From: a bacterium | Lineage (GTDB): Bacteria; Verrucomicrobiota; Verrucomicrobiia; Limisphaerales; J093 | Direction: 5' to 3' | DNA: 64,000 bases | Assembly (NCBI GenBank): GCA_021780105.1 | Contig: JAJXZJ010000032.1 | Span: 3,615-67,614, forward strand | Part shown: positions 49,324-59,404 of the stretch, one piece after another | How positions within the stretch are numbered: position 1 is the stretch's first letter | How the letters are laid out: every line of letters begins with the position of its first letter | Program-made: the position numbers and the translations under genes | Notes under the pieces: generated by a model | The model's input: only the letters and a program-made list of their open reading frames with translations | Databases searched by the model: none | What the model was told of the DNA's origin: nothing

Positions 49324-50538
49324 ATGGAAGCCGTACCCATTCCACGATTGCGGCTGCGCGTCACCGCGACCGCCGAAACCCTCATCCGCTCGGGGCATCC
49401 ATGGCTGTTTGCCGACAGCATCCGCGAGGCCAACCGCGCCGGCGGACTCGGCGAGCTGGCGGTCATTTTTGATCGTCAGGACAGGTTTCTGGCCATCGGC
49501 TTGTTTGATCCCACGTCGCCCATCCGCGTCCGCGTGCTGCACACGGGCAAACCGGCGGCGATTGACGCAGCCTGGTGGCAGGAGCGGTTGAGGCAACCGC
49601 TGGTGCGGCGGGCGGAATGGTTTGACGCGCAAACCAACGGCTACCGCTGCGTAAATGGCGAAAGCGACGGCTGGCCCGGTTTCGTGCTCGACCGTTACGA
49701 TCAGACGTTCGTGTTGAAGCTTTACACCGCCGCGTGGTTGCCGCGCCTGAACGAAGTCGTGGACTGCCTTCGGGCGGCGCTGCATCCGCGGCGGCTCGTG
49801 CTCCGTCTCAGCCGGAACATCCGGCCCCTCGCCAAAGAATATTGGCGCCGAGAGGACGGCCAGCCTCTGCTCGGTGAAACACCGGACGGCCCGGTGACGT
49901 TTCTCGAGTCCGGCCTGCGCTTCGAGGCCGACGTGCTGCGCGGACAGAAAACGGGCTTCTTCCTCGATCAGCGCGAGAACCGCCGGCAGGTCGAGTCGCT
50001 GGCGCGCGGCCGGAACGTGCTAAACGCTTTCAGCTATTCCGGTGGATTTTCGCTCTACGCGGCGCGCGGCGGGGCCAGATCCGTCACCGATCTCGATCTC
50101 AGCGAGCACGCCCTCGCCGGCGCGCGGCGCAATTCCGTGTTGAATCAGGCTGTTCCCGGCGTGGTGGCGTGTCGTCAAGAATGGATCCGGACGGACGCCA
50201 CGGAATGGCTGGCGGCAAAGCCCACGCGGAAGTTTGATTTGATCGTGCTCGATCCTCCCTCACTTGCCAAACGTGAGGCCGAGCGCGCCCGTGCCATCGG
50301 CGCCTACCGGCGGCTCAACGCCGACGCGCTCCACTGGCTCGCCCCGGGCGGCGTGCTGGTGGCGGCGTCCTGTTCCGCCCATGTCTCGACGGAGGAATTC
50401 CTCGGCGCCGTGCGTCAGGCGGCGCGCGCCAGCGGACGGGGATTCACCGAATGCCAGACGACCGGGCATGCCCCGGATCACCCGGCCACGTTCCCGGAGG
50501 CCCGGTATTTGAAGGCCATCTATCTCCGGTTCCGATGA
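49324..50538 (+). CDS. rlmI: RlmI-like 23S rRNA m5C methyltransferase
   Basis: PUA-like [40 protein letters not shown]. Confidence 0.8.
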   Translation: MEAVPIPRLRLRVTATAETLIRSGHPWLFADSIREANRAGGLGELAVIFDRQDRFLAIGLFDPTSPIRVRVLHTGKPAAIDAAWWQERLRQPLVRRAEWFDAQTNGYRCVNGESDGWPGFVLDRYDQTFVLKLYTAAWLPRLNEVVDCLRAALHPRRLVLRLSRNIRPLAKEYWRREDGQPLLGETPDGPVTFLESGLRFEADVLRGQKTGFFLDQRENRRQVESLARGRNVLNAFSYSGGFSLYAARGGARSVTDLDLSEHALAGARRNSVLNQAVPGVVACRQEWIRTDATEWLAAKPTRKFDLIVLDPPSLAKREAERARAIGAYRRLNADALHWLAPGGVLVAASCSAHVSTEEFLGAVRQAARASGRGFTECQTTGHAPDHPATFPEARYLKAIYLRFR

Positions 50539-50702
50539 ACGCGCGATTTGTCCATTTGGTGTCGGTTTCCTGATCGTCGCGCCCGCGGCGGCGGGTCGGC
50601 AGAGCGCCGTCAATCTGCCAGCACCGGCGAAGAACGCGACGTCTGCCAACCTCCGCTCCGCCGAGGTGCAGGGCCGACGGGTAGGGGTTGCGGACCCGCC
50701 GG

Positions 50703-51926
50703 CTAAACCGCCTGTCCCGCGGCATGACCGCTGGCCCAGGCCCACTGGAAGTTGTAGCCGCCGAGCCAGCCGGTCACGTCCACCACCTCCCCGACAAAGA
50801 ACAGGCCGGGCACGTTCCGGCATTCGAGCGTCTTCGAGGACAGCTCGCGGGTGTCCACCCCGCCGACGGTCACCTCGGCCTTTGGATACCCTTCGTCGCC
50901 GGCTGGCGTGATCTCCCAGGCATGCAGGTTCCGCGACAGGCTCTCAAGCTCGGCTCGGGTGAGCTGCGCAACGGGTTTGACCGGCGCGTGCCGCGCGCAC
51001 CACGCCTGCACAAGGCGTTCCGGCAGGACCTGGCGAAGGGCCGCTTTCACGTCGCGTCCGCCGGATCGGTTCGCGGCCAGCAAATCGGCCGCGGAATGGT
51101 CGGGCAGCAGGTTGAGGCGCACCGTCTCGCCCGCGCACCAGTGGTTGGAAATCTGGAGAATCGCCGGCCCGCTCAGGCCGCGGTGCGTGAAGAGCACCGC
51201 CTCGCGAAATGAAGGCACGCCCGGCCGGAGGCTGGTCACGCAGTCCAACGCGATGCCGCTGAGCGCGCCAAACTGTTCGCGATCCGCCGGGGACCACGTG
51301 AACGGCACCAGGCCGGGACGCACGGGAACGAGCTTCACGCCAAACTGCCGGGCCAGCTCGTAGCCGAACGGCGTCGCTCCGAGCTGGGGATAGGAAAGCC
51401 CGCCCGTGGCGACGACGAGCGAGCGGGCGGTGAACGTGCCGGCCGTGGTGGCAAGTTCATACTGGCTGGAAGCCGGGTTCGCGCTGTCCGCAATGCGTTG
51501 CACCCGCCACGACGGTCCCTCCTCTTGCCGCAACACCCGGCAGTTCAACCGCACTGTCACGCCCGCGTTGGCGCACTCGTCTTCGAGCAATTGGAGAATC
51601 TGCTTCGAGCTGTGGTCGCAGAAGAGCTGCCGGTGTTTCCGCTCATGCCACGCGACGCCGTGCCGCTCGACCAGCGCGAGGACATCGTGCGGCGTGCAGC
51701 GCGCGAGGGCGGACTTCTGGAAGTGAGGGCTGCCGCTGGTGACGTAGTTCGCGGCCGTGGCGTCGAGGTTGGTGAAGTTGCAGCGCCCGCCGCCCGAGAT
51801 GAGGATCTTGTTTCCAAGCCGGGCCTGATGTTCGAGCAAGAGCACACGCCGTCCGCGCGAGCCGGCGACGCGGGCACAGAAAAGCCCGGCGACGCCTCCG
51901 CCGATGATGATGACATCGTAGTTCAA
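50703..51926 (-). CDS. HI0933/YhiN/BaiN family flavoprotein
   Basis: GGGVAG, KILISGGGRCNFTN, ATGGLSYP, LFTHRGLSGP, GGYNFQWAW. Confidence 0.92.
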   Translation of the reverse strand: MNYDVIIIGGGVAGLFCARVAGSRGRRVLLLEHQARLGNKILISGGGRCNFTNLDATAANYVTSGSPHFQKSALARCTPHDVLALVERHGVAWHERKHRQLFCDHSSKQILQLLEDECANAGVTVRLNCRVLRQEEGPSWRVQRIADSANPASSQYELATTAGTFTARSLVVATGGLSYPQLGATPFGYELARQFGVKLVPVRPGLVPFTWSPADREQFGALSGIALDCVTSLRPGVPSFREAVLFTHRGLSGPAILQISNHWCAGETVRLNLLPDHSAADLLAANRSGGRDVKAALRQVLPERLVQAWCARHAPVKPVAQLTRAELESLSRNLHAWEITPAGDEGYPKAEVTVGGVDTRELSSKTLECRNVPGLFFVGEVVDVTGWLGGYNFQWAWASGHAAGQAV

Positions 51927-52204
51927 CCAGCGCTACGCTTCCGCAAACGCCTCATAAAGGCCAGCCGCGAATCGGCGGATCTGGCCGCACCTGGTTTGGA
52001 AAACTGACTCCAAAAGCCGCAACGGAGTTGACCGGGTTCAACTTTCCGGTCCACATGGGGTGCTACTTTTGGGACTGAGCTTCCCCCGAAGATGTGGCCA
52101 GAGGCGGAGAACCTGAGAAAGGAAAACCACCCTGTCCACGAATCCGAAACCAAAACGAACGGTCCACGACTTGGAGTTCAAGAAACAAGCCGTGCAGTTG
52201 GTGA

Positions 52205-52720
52205 TTGCCAGCGGCCGAAGGTTCGAACGCGTCGGCATGCATCTGGATTCCTGTCCCAATCCCCACGAACGCCGCCACGTTTTCGTTCGATTTCACCTTT
52301 AATGGCGACCCGGCGGATGATCTGGTTTCCACCGGCATCGCCGGCACAAACGTCTTTGCGCTGGAGGCGCGGTTCATGTCCACCAACACGCTGCTGAACA
52401 GCGGGCCGATTGATGTCTCGCCTTGGACCGGACAGACGGTGGAGTTGTTTTTCGGACTGCCGGGCGGAACGTCCGCGAATGCCAGCGTGAACCTGGGCGG
52501 AATGCGGTTCGACCGCGTCGAGGCAGCGTGCAAACCGCCGGTAAATCCGTGGTCATCACCCGGCCGTTCTCGGCCAGCGATCACCTCCTCGCAGCGAGTG
52601 ACAATTTGGCGGCGATGAATTCGTGGGTGACCGTGACGGACACGCCAGTGATCGAAAAACGCCAGAACACGGTTGCAAATGATGTTTCACCGGGCGACCG
52701 CTTTTATCGGTTGAAAACCC
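52205..52720 (+). pseudogene. Decayed 3' fragment of a secreted protein carrying the C-terminal FYRL domain
   Basis: No start or signal peptide; frame change near 52525 joins the ...VELFFGLPGGTSANASV... domain to ...SDNL...W...DRFYRLK. Confidence 0.55.
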
Positions 52721-52784
52721 CAAGCCGGCACTTTTTGCGCGTGACAGCGCGGCGACTGTCCGCATACTAGACTCAGTTGTTCGC

Positions 52785-52859
52785 GACCCTATGGTCTAGC
52801 GGTTAGGACACCACCCTTTCACGGTGGGAGCCCGGGTTCGAGTCCCGGTAGGGTCGCCA
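52785..52859 (+). tRNA. tRNA-Glu (TTC)
   Basis: Acceptor stem GACCCTA/TAGGGTC, anticodon arm CCACC-CTTTCAC-GGTGG, GGTTCGAGTCC T-arm, encoded CCA. Confidence 0.97.
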
Positions 52860-52966
52860 TTTTGTTTCACCTTGTGAAGCGGAACACCGGGTTCCGGTGA
52901 TGGTATTTCCCTTTGACTCACCCAACGGCTCGGTTATCCTTCCGGTTCAATTTTGGGAATGATGTT

Positions 52967-54220
52967 ATGGCCAAGCTGACGATCAACGACGTGAATTTGC
53001 ACGGCAAGCGCGTGTTTGTGCGGGTGGATTACAACGTTCCGATGGAGGAGAAGGACGGCCGGATGGTCATCAACGACGCCACCCGTATCAAGGAGACGCT
53101 GCCGACGCTGAATGAACTGATCCGCCAGGGTGCGCGCCTGGTTCTCGCCGCGCACCTCGGCCGGCCGAAGGGCAAGCGCGAGGCGTCCATGTCACTGGCG
53201 CCCGTTGCCACCAAACTAACCGAGATGCTTGGCAAGCCCGTTGCCTTCGTGGACGACTGCATCGGCATCAAGGTCGAGGCGGCGACCAGCGCGCTTAAGG
53301 ATGGCGAACTGCTGTTGCTCGAAAACGTTCGTTATTACAACGAGGAAGAGGCCAACGATCCGGCGTTTGCCGCGAAACTGGCCCAGGTGGCCGAGGCCTA
53401 TGTGAATGACGCGTTTGGCGCGGCCCACCGGGCGCACGCCTCGACGGAAGGCGTGGCGCGGGTGGTGGCCAAGCGCGGAGGCATTTGCGCGGCCGGCCTG
53501 CTGATGGAAAAGGAACTCAAGTTCCTCGGCGAGGAATTGGATAATCCCGCCCGCCCTTTCGTGGTGATTCTCGGCGGCGCGAAAGTGTCCGACAAGATCA
53601 GCGTGATTGACCGCTTGTTGGAGAAGGCCGACACCATCTTGATTGGCGGCGCAATGGCCTACACCTTCCGGCTCGCGGAAGGACACCAGACCGGCAAATC
53701 GCTGGTCGAAGCCGACAAGACGGACATTGCCAGGGCCGCCCTCGCCAAGGCTGCAGCCAAAAAGGTGCAGTTCCTCCTGCCGGTGGACGACGTGGTCGCC
53801 ACGCCGATCAAGACCGACAAGCTGGACAAGAAGGGCAAACCGGTCATCGAATGGCAGAACCCCGCGCCCAACGCCAGCCTCGACTGTCCGGCCACGGCGG
53901 CCGGCCTCGACATCGGCCCCGCCACCGTGAAGGCTTATGCCGACGTCATCGCCGGCGCCAGAACCATTCTTTGGAACGGCCCGATGGGTTTGTTCGAAAA
54001 CAAGCTGTTTGCCGCCGGCACCAACGCCGTCGCCCAAGCCGTGGCGCAGGCCACGCAGTGCGGCGCCAAGAGCATCATCGGCGGTGGCGACAGCGTCAAA
54101 GCGCTGAACAAGGCGGGCCTGGGCAGCAAGGTGACCTTTATGAGCACCGGTGGCGGCGCGAGCCTTGAGTTCCTGGAAGGCAAGGTGCTGCCCGGGGTTG
54201 CGGCGCTGGCTGACAAATAA
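52967..54220 (+). CDS. pgk: Phosphoglycerate kinase
   Basis: RVDYNVP, HLGRP, LLENVR, DAFGAAHRAHAS, GGAKVSDKI, WNGPMG, STGGGASLE. Confidence 0.98.
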   Translation: MAKLTINDVNLHGKRVFVRVDYNVPMEEKDGRMVINDATRIKETLPTLNELIRQGARLVLAAHLGRPKGKREASMSLAPVATKLTEMLGKPVAFVDDCIGIKVEAATSALKDGELLLLENVRYYNEEEANDPAFAAKLAQVAEAYVNDAFGAAHRAHASTEGVARVVAKRGGICAAGLLMEKELKFLGEELDNPARPFVVILGGAKVSDKISVIDRLLEKADTILIGGAMAYTFRLAEGHQTGKSLVEADKTDIARAALAKAAAKKVQFLLPVDDVVATPIKTDKLDKKGKPVIEWQNPAPNASLDCPATAAGLDIGPATVKAYADVIAGARTILWNGPMGLFENKLFAAGTNAVAQAVAQATQCGAKSIIGGGDSVKALNKAGLGSKVTFMSTGGGASLEFLEGKVLPGVAALADK

Positions 54221-54269
54221 GCGGCCGCTGGCTGCGTGGATTTCAATGCAAGAAGAGTCACCGATTCAC

Positions 54270-55034
54270 ATGAACAAAGACCGCAAGCTGATCATCGCTG
54301 GCAATTGGAAGATGAACAAAACCGTCGCCGAGGCGCTCGACCTCGTGAACGGTCTGAAACGGGAACTGGCCCCGATCAAAGAGGTGGACCTCGTCGTCTG
54401 CCCGCCGTTCACCGCGTTGAGCGAGGTGTCCAAGGTCATCCTCGACTCCAACCTGCGCCTGGGGGCGCAGAACATGAGCGAGCACAATTTCGGCGCGTTC
54501 ACGGGCGAAATCGCTGCGGCGATGCTGAAGGAGTTTTCCGTCCGCTTCGTCATTCTGGGCCACTCCGAACGGCGCCAGTATCAAAAGGAGTCGGATGAGC
54601 TGATCGCCCGGAAGGCGCTCGCGGCCCACGCGGCGGCGCTCAAACCCATCGTCTGCATCGGGGAGACGCTCGCTGAACGCGAATCCGGGCGGACCGAAAA
54701 GGTCCTGGAAACCCAGGTGCGCGGCAGTCTCGCCGGCCTCAGCACGGCCCAGATGGAGGAAACCATCCTGGCTTACGAACCGGTCTGGGCCATCGGCACG
54801 GGCAAGACCGCCACGACCGAGCAGGCCCAGTCCGCGCACGCGTTCATCCGCAAGGTGCTCGCGACGATTTTCAACGAAACCGTGGCCAAACGCGTTCGCA
54901 TCCAATACGGCGGCAGCGTCAAGGCCGCCAATGCCCGCGAACTGATGAGCCAGCCGGATGTGGATGGCGCGCTCGTCGGCGGCGCGTCGTTGGAACTCCG
55001 GAGCTTCTCGGACATCGTCAAAAACTCCATCTAG
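54270..55034 (+). CDS. tpiA: Triosephosphate isomerase
   Basis: AGNWKM, GHSERR, AYEPVWAIGTG, YGGSV, LVGGASL. Confidence 0.98.
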   Translation: MNKDRKLIIAGNWKMNKTVAEALDLVNGLKRELAPIKEVDLVVCPPFTALSEVSKVILDSNLRLGAQNMSEHNFGAFTGEIAAAMLKEFSVRFVILGHSERRQYQKESDELIARKALAAHAAALKPIVCIGETLAERESGRTEKVLETQVRGSLAGLSTAQMEETILAYEPVWAIGTGKTATTEQAQSAHAFIRKVLATIFNETVAKRVRIQYGGSVKAANARELMSQPDVDGALVGGASLELRSFSDIVKNSI

Positions 55035-55052
55035 CCCGACCGCAAGGATTTT

Positions 55053-55499
55053 ATGGCTCTGATTATTGGTTTGCTCACGTTGGTGCTGACGTTGACCAGC
55101 CTCGTGTTGATTCTCCTGGTCCTCATTCAATTGCCGAAAAAGGAGGCCGGGGCCGGCCTTGCCTTTGGCGGCGCGGCCTCCGATGCGCTGTTCGGCGCCG
55201 GTTCGGGCACCGTGCTCAGCCGCGCGACAAAATATGGCGCCGGGTTGTTTCTGGGGCTGTCGCTGTTGCTGGCGATCTTGATGAACCACCAGGCCAAATC
55301 CGGCGCCCGCGGCATCGAGCGCGAATTGCAGAAGCGTGCTGCTGCGGCGGCGGCCGCCGCCGCGAGCGCGCCGGCAGCGCCGAATCTGACAAATTTGAGT
55401 GACGCCCTGACCAAAGCGGCGGCGGCCACGACCACCAACGCCCGGATGATTGCGGTGACCAACGCGCCTGCGGGCGCCCCGGCCAAGCCCGGCAAGTAA
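55053..55499 (+). CDS. secG: Preprotein translocase subunit SecG with Ala-rich tail
   Basis: Two TMs, LIQ...GAGLAFGG motif, canonical position after tpiA. Confidence 0.88.
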   Translation: MALIIGLLTLVLTLTSLVLILLVLIQLPKKEAGAGLAFGGAASDALFGAGSGTVLSRATKYGAGLFLGLSLLLAILMNHQAKSGARGIERELQKRAAAAAAAAASAPAAPNLTNLSDALTKAAAATTTNARMIAVTNAPAGAPAKPGK

Positions 55500-55523
55500 G
55501 CGGTCACAACGAAGCTGTCCTCG

Positions 55524-55553
55524 CAGCCCCGGCCCGCGCCGGGGCTGTTTTTT
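55524..55553 (+). terminator. Rho-independent terminator after secG
   Basis: Stem cagccccggc/gccggggctg + T6. Confidence 0.85.
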
Positions 55554-55782
55554 GCCCGGAGATCGGAATCGGGGGCTTCTGTCCGGTGGTGGTTTTGGGC
55601 GGACGATTCGCAGCAGAAGCAGCCGTCGTCGCAACATGCCACCGGCCGTCGGGCAAAGACGAACGAGCACCACCGCCGGCAACCCGAGTCAGGCAGCCGG
55701 CTGTGCCGCTCCGCCAGATTGGAACACGATCTGCTTTCTGTTTGGCGGGCGCGGCGCAAAATGTTAAACCGGAGTGTCGCCT

Positions 55783-56970
55783 ATGGACAACGAGCAGACA
55801 GGAACGGCAACGGGCGCGCGGGTTTGGCGTGACCTGATCGGCGTTCCCGGTGAAGTCGTGACGCCGGGTACGGCGCTCGACCGGTTGCTGGCCTGGTGCG
55901 CGGAGCAGGAGGCCAGCGATTTGCACGGGCAGGCCGGCAAGCCGTTGACAATCCGGGTTCACGGCCGGTTGCTTCGCGTGCCTGCCGACGTATGTGTCGC
56001 GCCGCGCGACGAACATGTGTTCCAATTCTTCCGGGAGTGTTTTTCGCCTTCGGTTTGCGCCCGCATCGAGCAGCAGCACGAGCTGGACTTGAGTTTCTAC
56101 CACCGCGACCTGCGTTACCGGGCGAACTTCAGCAAGCAACTGGGCCGGCAGTCGTTCTCGTTTCGCGTGGTGCCGCAGCAGCGGATGACATTACGCGATC
56201 TTCAGTTGCCGGAGTCGCTGCTGGGCATCCTCGACGAACTGCGTGGACTGGTGCTCGTGACGGGGCCGACGGGGCAGGGGAAAAGCACCACCGTCCGGGC
56301 GTTGCTGCAGGAAATCAACGAAACCCGCGCGGTGCGCGTCGTCACCATCGAGGACCCGGTCGAATACGTCTTCCGCGACGAGCGGTCGCAGTTCGAACAA
56401 CGCGAGGTGGACATTGACACCGCGTCGTTTGCCGATGGCATCCGCAACGCGATGCGCCAGGACCCGAACGTGATTTTCGTGGGGGAAATCCGCGACCGCG
56501 AAAGTATTTTCGCCGCGATGCAGGCGGCGGAAACCGGCCACCTGGTGTTGACCACGCTGCACGCGGACTCGGTGGCGCAGGCCATCGGCCGCATCCGGGA
56601 ATACTACCCCAGCACGGAACAGGCGAACATCAGCAGCCTGCTGGCGCGGAACACCCGCGCGATTCTCACCCAGCGCCTGCTGCCGAATGTGCAAGGCACG
56701 CGCACGCCGTGTCTGGAAATCCTGCGGCGAAACCGCGGCGTCGAGGACGCCATCCGGTCGAACAACCTGGAGTTGCTCACCGGCATTGTCGAAACCGCCG
56801 TGAACGAAGGCATGCACACCTTTGACCAATACCTCACCGAACTGCTCGCCTCGGGCGTCATCAGCCGTGAAACCGCCATGCACCACGCCATCAATCGCCA
56901 CCGGCTGGAGATGGCGCTCCGCGGCGTGATCACGATCGAGCCGATTCTCCGCCCGGACAAGGACCGCTGA
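55783..56970 (+). CDS. pilT: PilT/PilU family type IV pilus retraction ATPase
   Basis: ASDLH, GPTGQGKSTT, TIEDPVE, RQDPNVIFVGEIRD, AAETGHLVLTTLH, GMHTFDQ. Confidence 0.88.
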   Translation: MDNEQTGTATGARVWRDLIGVPGEVVTPGTALDRLLAWCAEQEASDLHGQAGKPLTIRVHGRLLRVPADVCVAPRDEHVFQFFRECFSPSVCARIEQQHELDLSFYHRDLRYRANFSKQLGRQSFSFRVVPQQRMTLRDLQLPESLLGILDELRGLVLVTGPTGQGKSTTVRALLQEINETRAVRVVTIEDPVEYVFRDERSQFEQREVDIDTASFADGIRNAMRQDPNVIFVGEIRDRESIFAAMQAAETGHLVLTTLHADSVAQAIGRIREYYPSTEQANISSLLARNTRAILTQRLLPNVQGTRTPCLEILRRNRGVEDAIRSNNLELLTGIVETAVNEGMHTFDQYLTELLASGVISRETAMHHAINRHRLEMALRGVITIEPILRPDKDR

Positions 56971-56973
56971 CCC

Positions 56974-57648
56974 ATGGTTGCCCTTTTTCGTCTCCTGTTC
57001 ACCGCCGGGTTGATTTACGGCATTTACGAAGCGTCGCAAAACGCCGATCGCGCCCCGGAGACGGGCGATCTCGCCAACGCCTTCTGGGTGGCGTGGTGCG
57101 TGATCATGGGGCTTTTCGCCGCCATCGCCTGGGCACCGCTCATCGGCAGCAAGGTGGCCGAACCGCTCACCGGCGTGATGACCGATGGCCATTACATCGA
57201 GCGGAAAAACTGGCTGATGCGCCTGGTGCGCTCGCTTGAGGGACGCCGCCGCCGGCGCCTGGTGCGGTGGCTGTGTTTCCTCGAAGGCGTCCGTCATCCG
57301 TGGCTGCCGGCCCAGTTCATCACCGGTTTGAACCATGCCCGGCCCGGCTCCTGGCTGGAGCGTGTGTTTGCCCGCGAGGTGTATCGCTTCAACAACATCA
57401 AGAACTGCCTGCAGGCTTACGAAGTGTTGCGCCGCCACGGCGTCAGTCCGCCCGCGCACGCCAACGCCGAGGTCAACGTGGTGCTGATGTCCCTCGACCG
57501 CGCTGTGAAGCCGGCGTCGCCGCCAATGCCGGTGCCCGCCGCCGCCGAGCCTCCGTTGAAACGCAACCCGCGCATCAAACTGTTCACGCCGCGGCCGGAG
57601 GCTGCCCCCGGCCGCCCAAAGAATGACGATCACACCGCCGGAGGCTGA
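56974..57648 (+). CDS. Hypothetical membrane protein
   Basis: Two N-terminal hydrophobic segments; tightly coupled to the flanking genes. Confidence 0.6.
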   Translation: MVALFRLLFTAGLIYGIYEASQNADRAPETGDLANAFWVAWCVIMGLFAAIAWAPLIGSKVAEPLTGVMTDGHYIERKNWLMRLVRSLEGRRRRRLVRWLCFLEGVRHPWLPAQFITGLNHARPGSWLERVFAREVYRFNNIKNCLQAYEVLRRHGVSPPAHANAEVNVVLMSLDRAVKPASPPMPVPAAAEPPLKRNPRIKLFTPRPEAAPGRPKNDDHTAGG

Positions 57649-57649
57649 C

Positions 57650-58321
57650 ATGTTCTGGTTTCTCCATCGCGCCTGTGTCGTCGTTTTCTGGTGTTTCTGG
57701 CTGGCGGCCGCGGTTTTTGTTTACGAGAAACGGGCCGCGTTGCAGCCGGCATTCGATTACGCCGAGTTGGTCTGGCAACACGACTTCCGCGCGGCTGGCG
57801 ATCTGCCGCAACTCGACGGCAAGGTGACGGAGATTTTCGCCGGCGACAGCTTCCAGTTCGAGGACAAGAACGGTTACGCGTTCAACTACGGCCTCGCTGG
57901 CGTGGCGGCACCCCGTGCGAACCGTGGCGCTCCTGCGGAACTGCAACGGCTCGCTGGTGACAGCCGGACGAACCTTTCCCAGCTTCTCGCCGGCCGGCCC
58001 GTGACCGTGAGCGTGACGCTGGCCAATCCGCAAACCCGCACCGGTCTGGGGCTGGTTCACCATGGCGACACCAATGTGAACGTCGCCATGCTGGCGGCCG
58101 GCCAGGGGCGGCTGAACCTCGAGCAGATACGCACCCTGCCGCTGCGTGACGAATTCGAAATGCTCCGCGCCGAGCGGTCCGCCCGGCGCCAGCGCCTCGG
58201 CATTTGGGGCGAAACGTCGCTCACCAACGACGCGGCCCACGGCGAAATGACCGTCAACCCAGTGTCAACGTGGTTTCGTCAGGTTGCGTCTTTGGCTGAC
58301 TTCACACGCGTCGGCGATTAG
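57650..58321 (+). CDS. Thermonuclease (SNase)-like membrane-anchored protein, active site degenerate
   Basis: GKVTEIFAGDSF, LAGVAAP, NVNVAMLAAGQG, AERSARRQRLGIW. Confidence 0.65.
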   Translation: MFWFLHRACVVVFWCFWLAAAVFVYEKRAALQPAFDYAELVWQHDFRAAGDLPQLDGKVTEIFAGDSFQFEDKNGYAFNYGLAGVAAPRANRGAPAELQRLAGDSRTNLSQLLAGRPVTVSVTLANPQTRTGLGLVHHGDTNVNVAMLAAGQGRLNLEQIRTLPLRDEFEMLRAERSARRQRLGIWGETSLTNDAAHGEMTVNPVSTWFRQVASLADFTRVGD

Positions 58322-58330
58322 AACTGCGGC

Positions 58331-59404
58331 GTGCGGACGGCTGATTTTCATTATGACCTGCCGCCGGAACTCATCGCGCAGTCGCCGGCCCCGGAACGCG
58401 ACCAGTCGCGGCTGCTGATCTTGCAGCGGCCCGGCGGGCAGGTGACGGACGGATGGTTTCGCGATTTTCCGCGCCATTTGCGGCCTGGCGACGTGCTGGT
58501 GTTGAACGACTCGCGCGTCGTGCCGGCGCGGTTGCGGGGACACAAGTCCGGCAGCGGCGGGCAGATCGAGGCGCTGCTCGTCGAGGAAAACGCCGCGAAC
58601 GACTGGTGGGTGATGCTGCGGCCGGGCAAACGTGTCCGCACCGGCACGCGGCTCAACTTTCGCGGGGCGAAGGGCGACGTTCCCGCCGTCGCCGCCACCG
58701 TGCTCGCGAAAAACGCCGAGGGTCATTGCCGGCTGCAATTCGAGGGCGTGCCGGACGTGCGCGACGTGCTCGACGCGCTGGGCGAAGTGCCCCTGCCACC
58801 TTATATCGAACGAACAGGCGCACCGTCCGCCGAGGACCGGCAGCGTTACCAGACGATCTATGCGCGTCCGCCTGGCTCGGTGGCCGCGCCGACGGCCGGC
58901 CTGCATTTCACCGAGGCCATGCTGGCGCAAATCCGTGCCGCCGGCGTTGAGATGCGGTTTGTGACGTTGCACGTCGGCTTGGGCACGTTCGCGCCGGTCA
59001 AGGCGGCGCAGGTCGAGGAGCACGTCATGCATGCGGAGTGTTTCGCGTTGGACGCGGAAACCGCCGCGGCGATCAACACGGCCCGCCGCGAGGGCCGGCG
59101 CGTCATCGCCGTCGGTACCACCACCGTGCGTGTGCTTGAAAGCGTGGCGGCGGAAACCAATGGCGAGCTGCGCGCCACACGCGGCCGGACGCGGATTTTC
59201 ATTTACCCACCGTTTCGGTTTCGCGTGGTGGACGCGCTCCTGACGAACTTTCATTTGCCTGAATCCACGCTGCTGATGTTGGTCAGCGCCTTCGCGGCGC
59301 CGGGCGAAACGCGCGGCCGGGAGATGGCGCTCGCGGCCTACGCCGAGGCGGTGCGCCAGCGGTATCGTTTCTTCAGCTTTGGCGACGCCATGTTCATCGC
59401 ATGA
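58331..59404 (+). CDS. queA: S-adenosylmethionine:tRNA ribosyltransferase-isomerase
   Basis: FHYDLPPELIAQ, PLPPYI, GSVAAPTAGLHF, LHVGLGTF, TNFHLP, YRFFSFGDAM. Confidence 0.97.
   Translation: MRTADFHYDLPPELIAQSPAPERDQSRLLILQRPGGQVTDGWFRDFPRHLRPGDVLVLNDSRVVPARLRGHKSGSGGQIEALLVEENAANDWWVMLRPGKRVRTGTRLNFRGAKGDVPAVAATVLAKNAEGHCRLQFEGVPDVRDVLDALGEVPLPPYIERTGAPSAEDRQRYQTIYARPPGSVAAPTAGLHFTEAMLAQIRAAGVEMRFVTLHVGLGTFAPVKAAQVEEHVMHAECFALDAETAAAINTARREGRRVIAVGTTTVRVLESVAAETNGELRATRGRTRIFIYPPFRFRVVDALLTNFHLPESTLLMLVSAFAAPGETRGREMALAAYAEAVRQRYRFFSFGDAMFIA

Noticed and set aside
52785-52900. tRNA-Glu as the attachment site of an integrated element
   Set aside because: No integrase and no duplicated tRNA 3' end found in the window.
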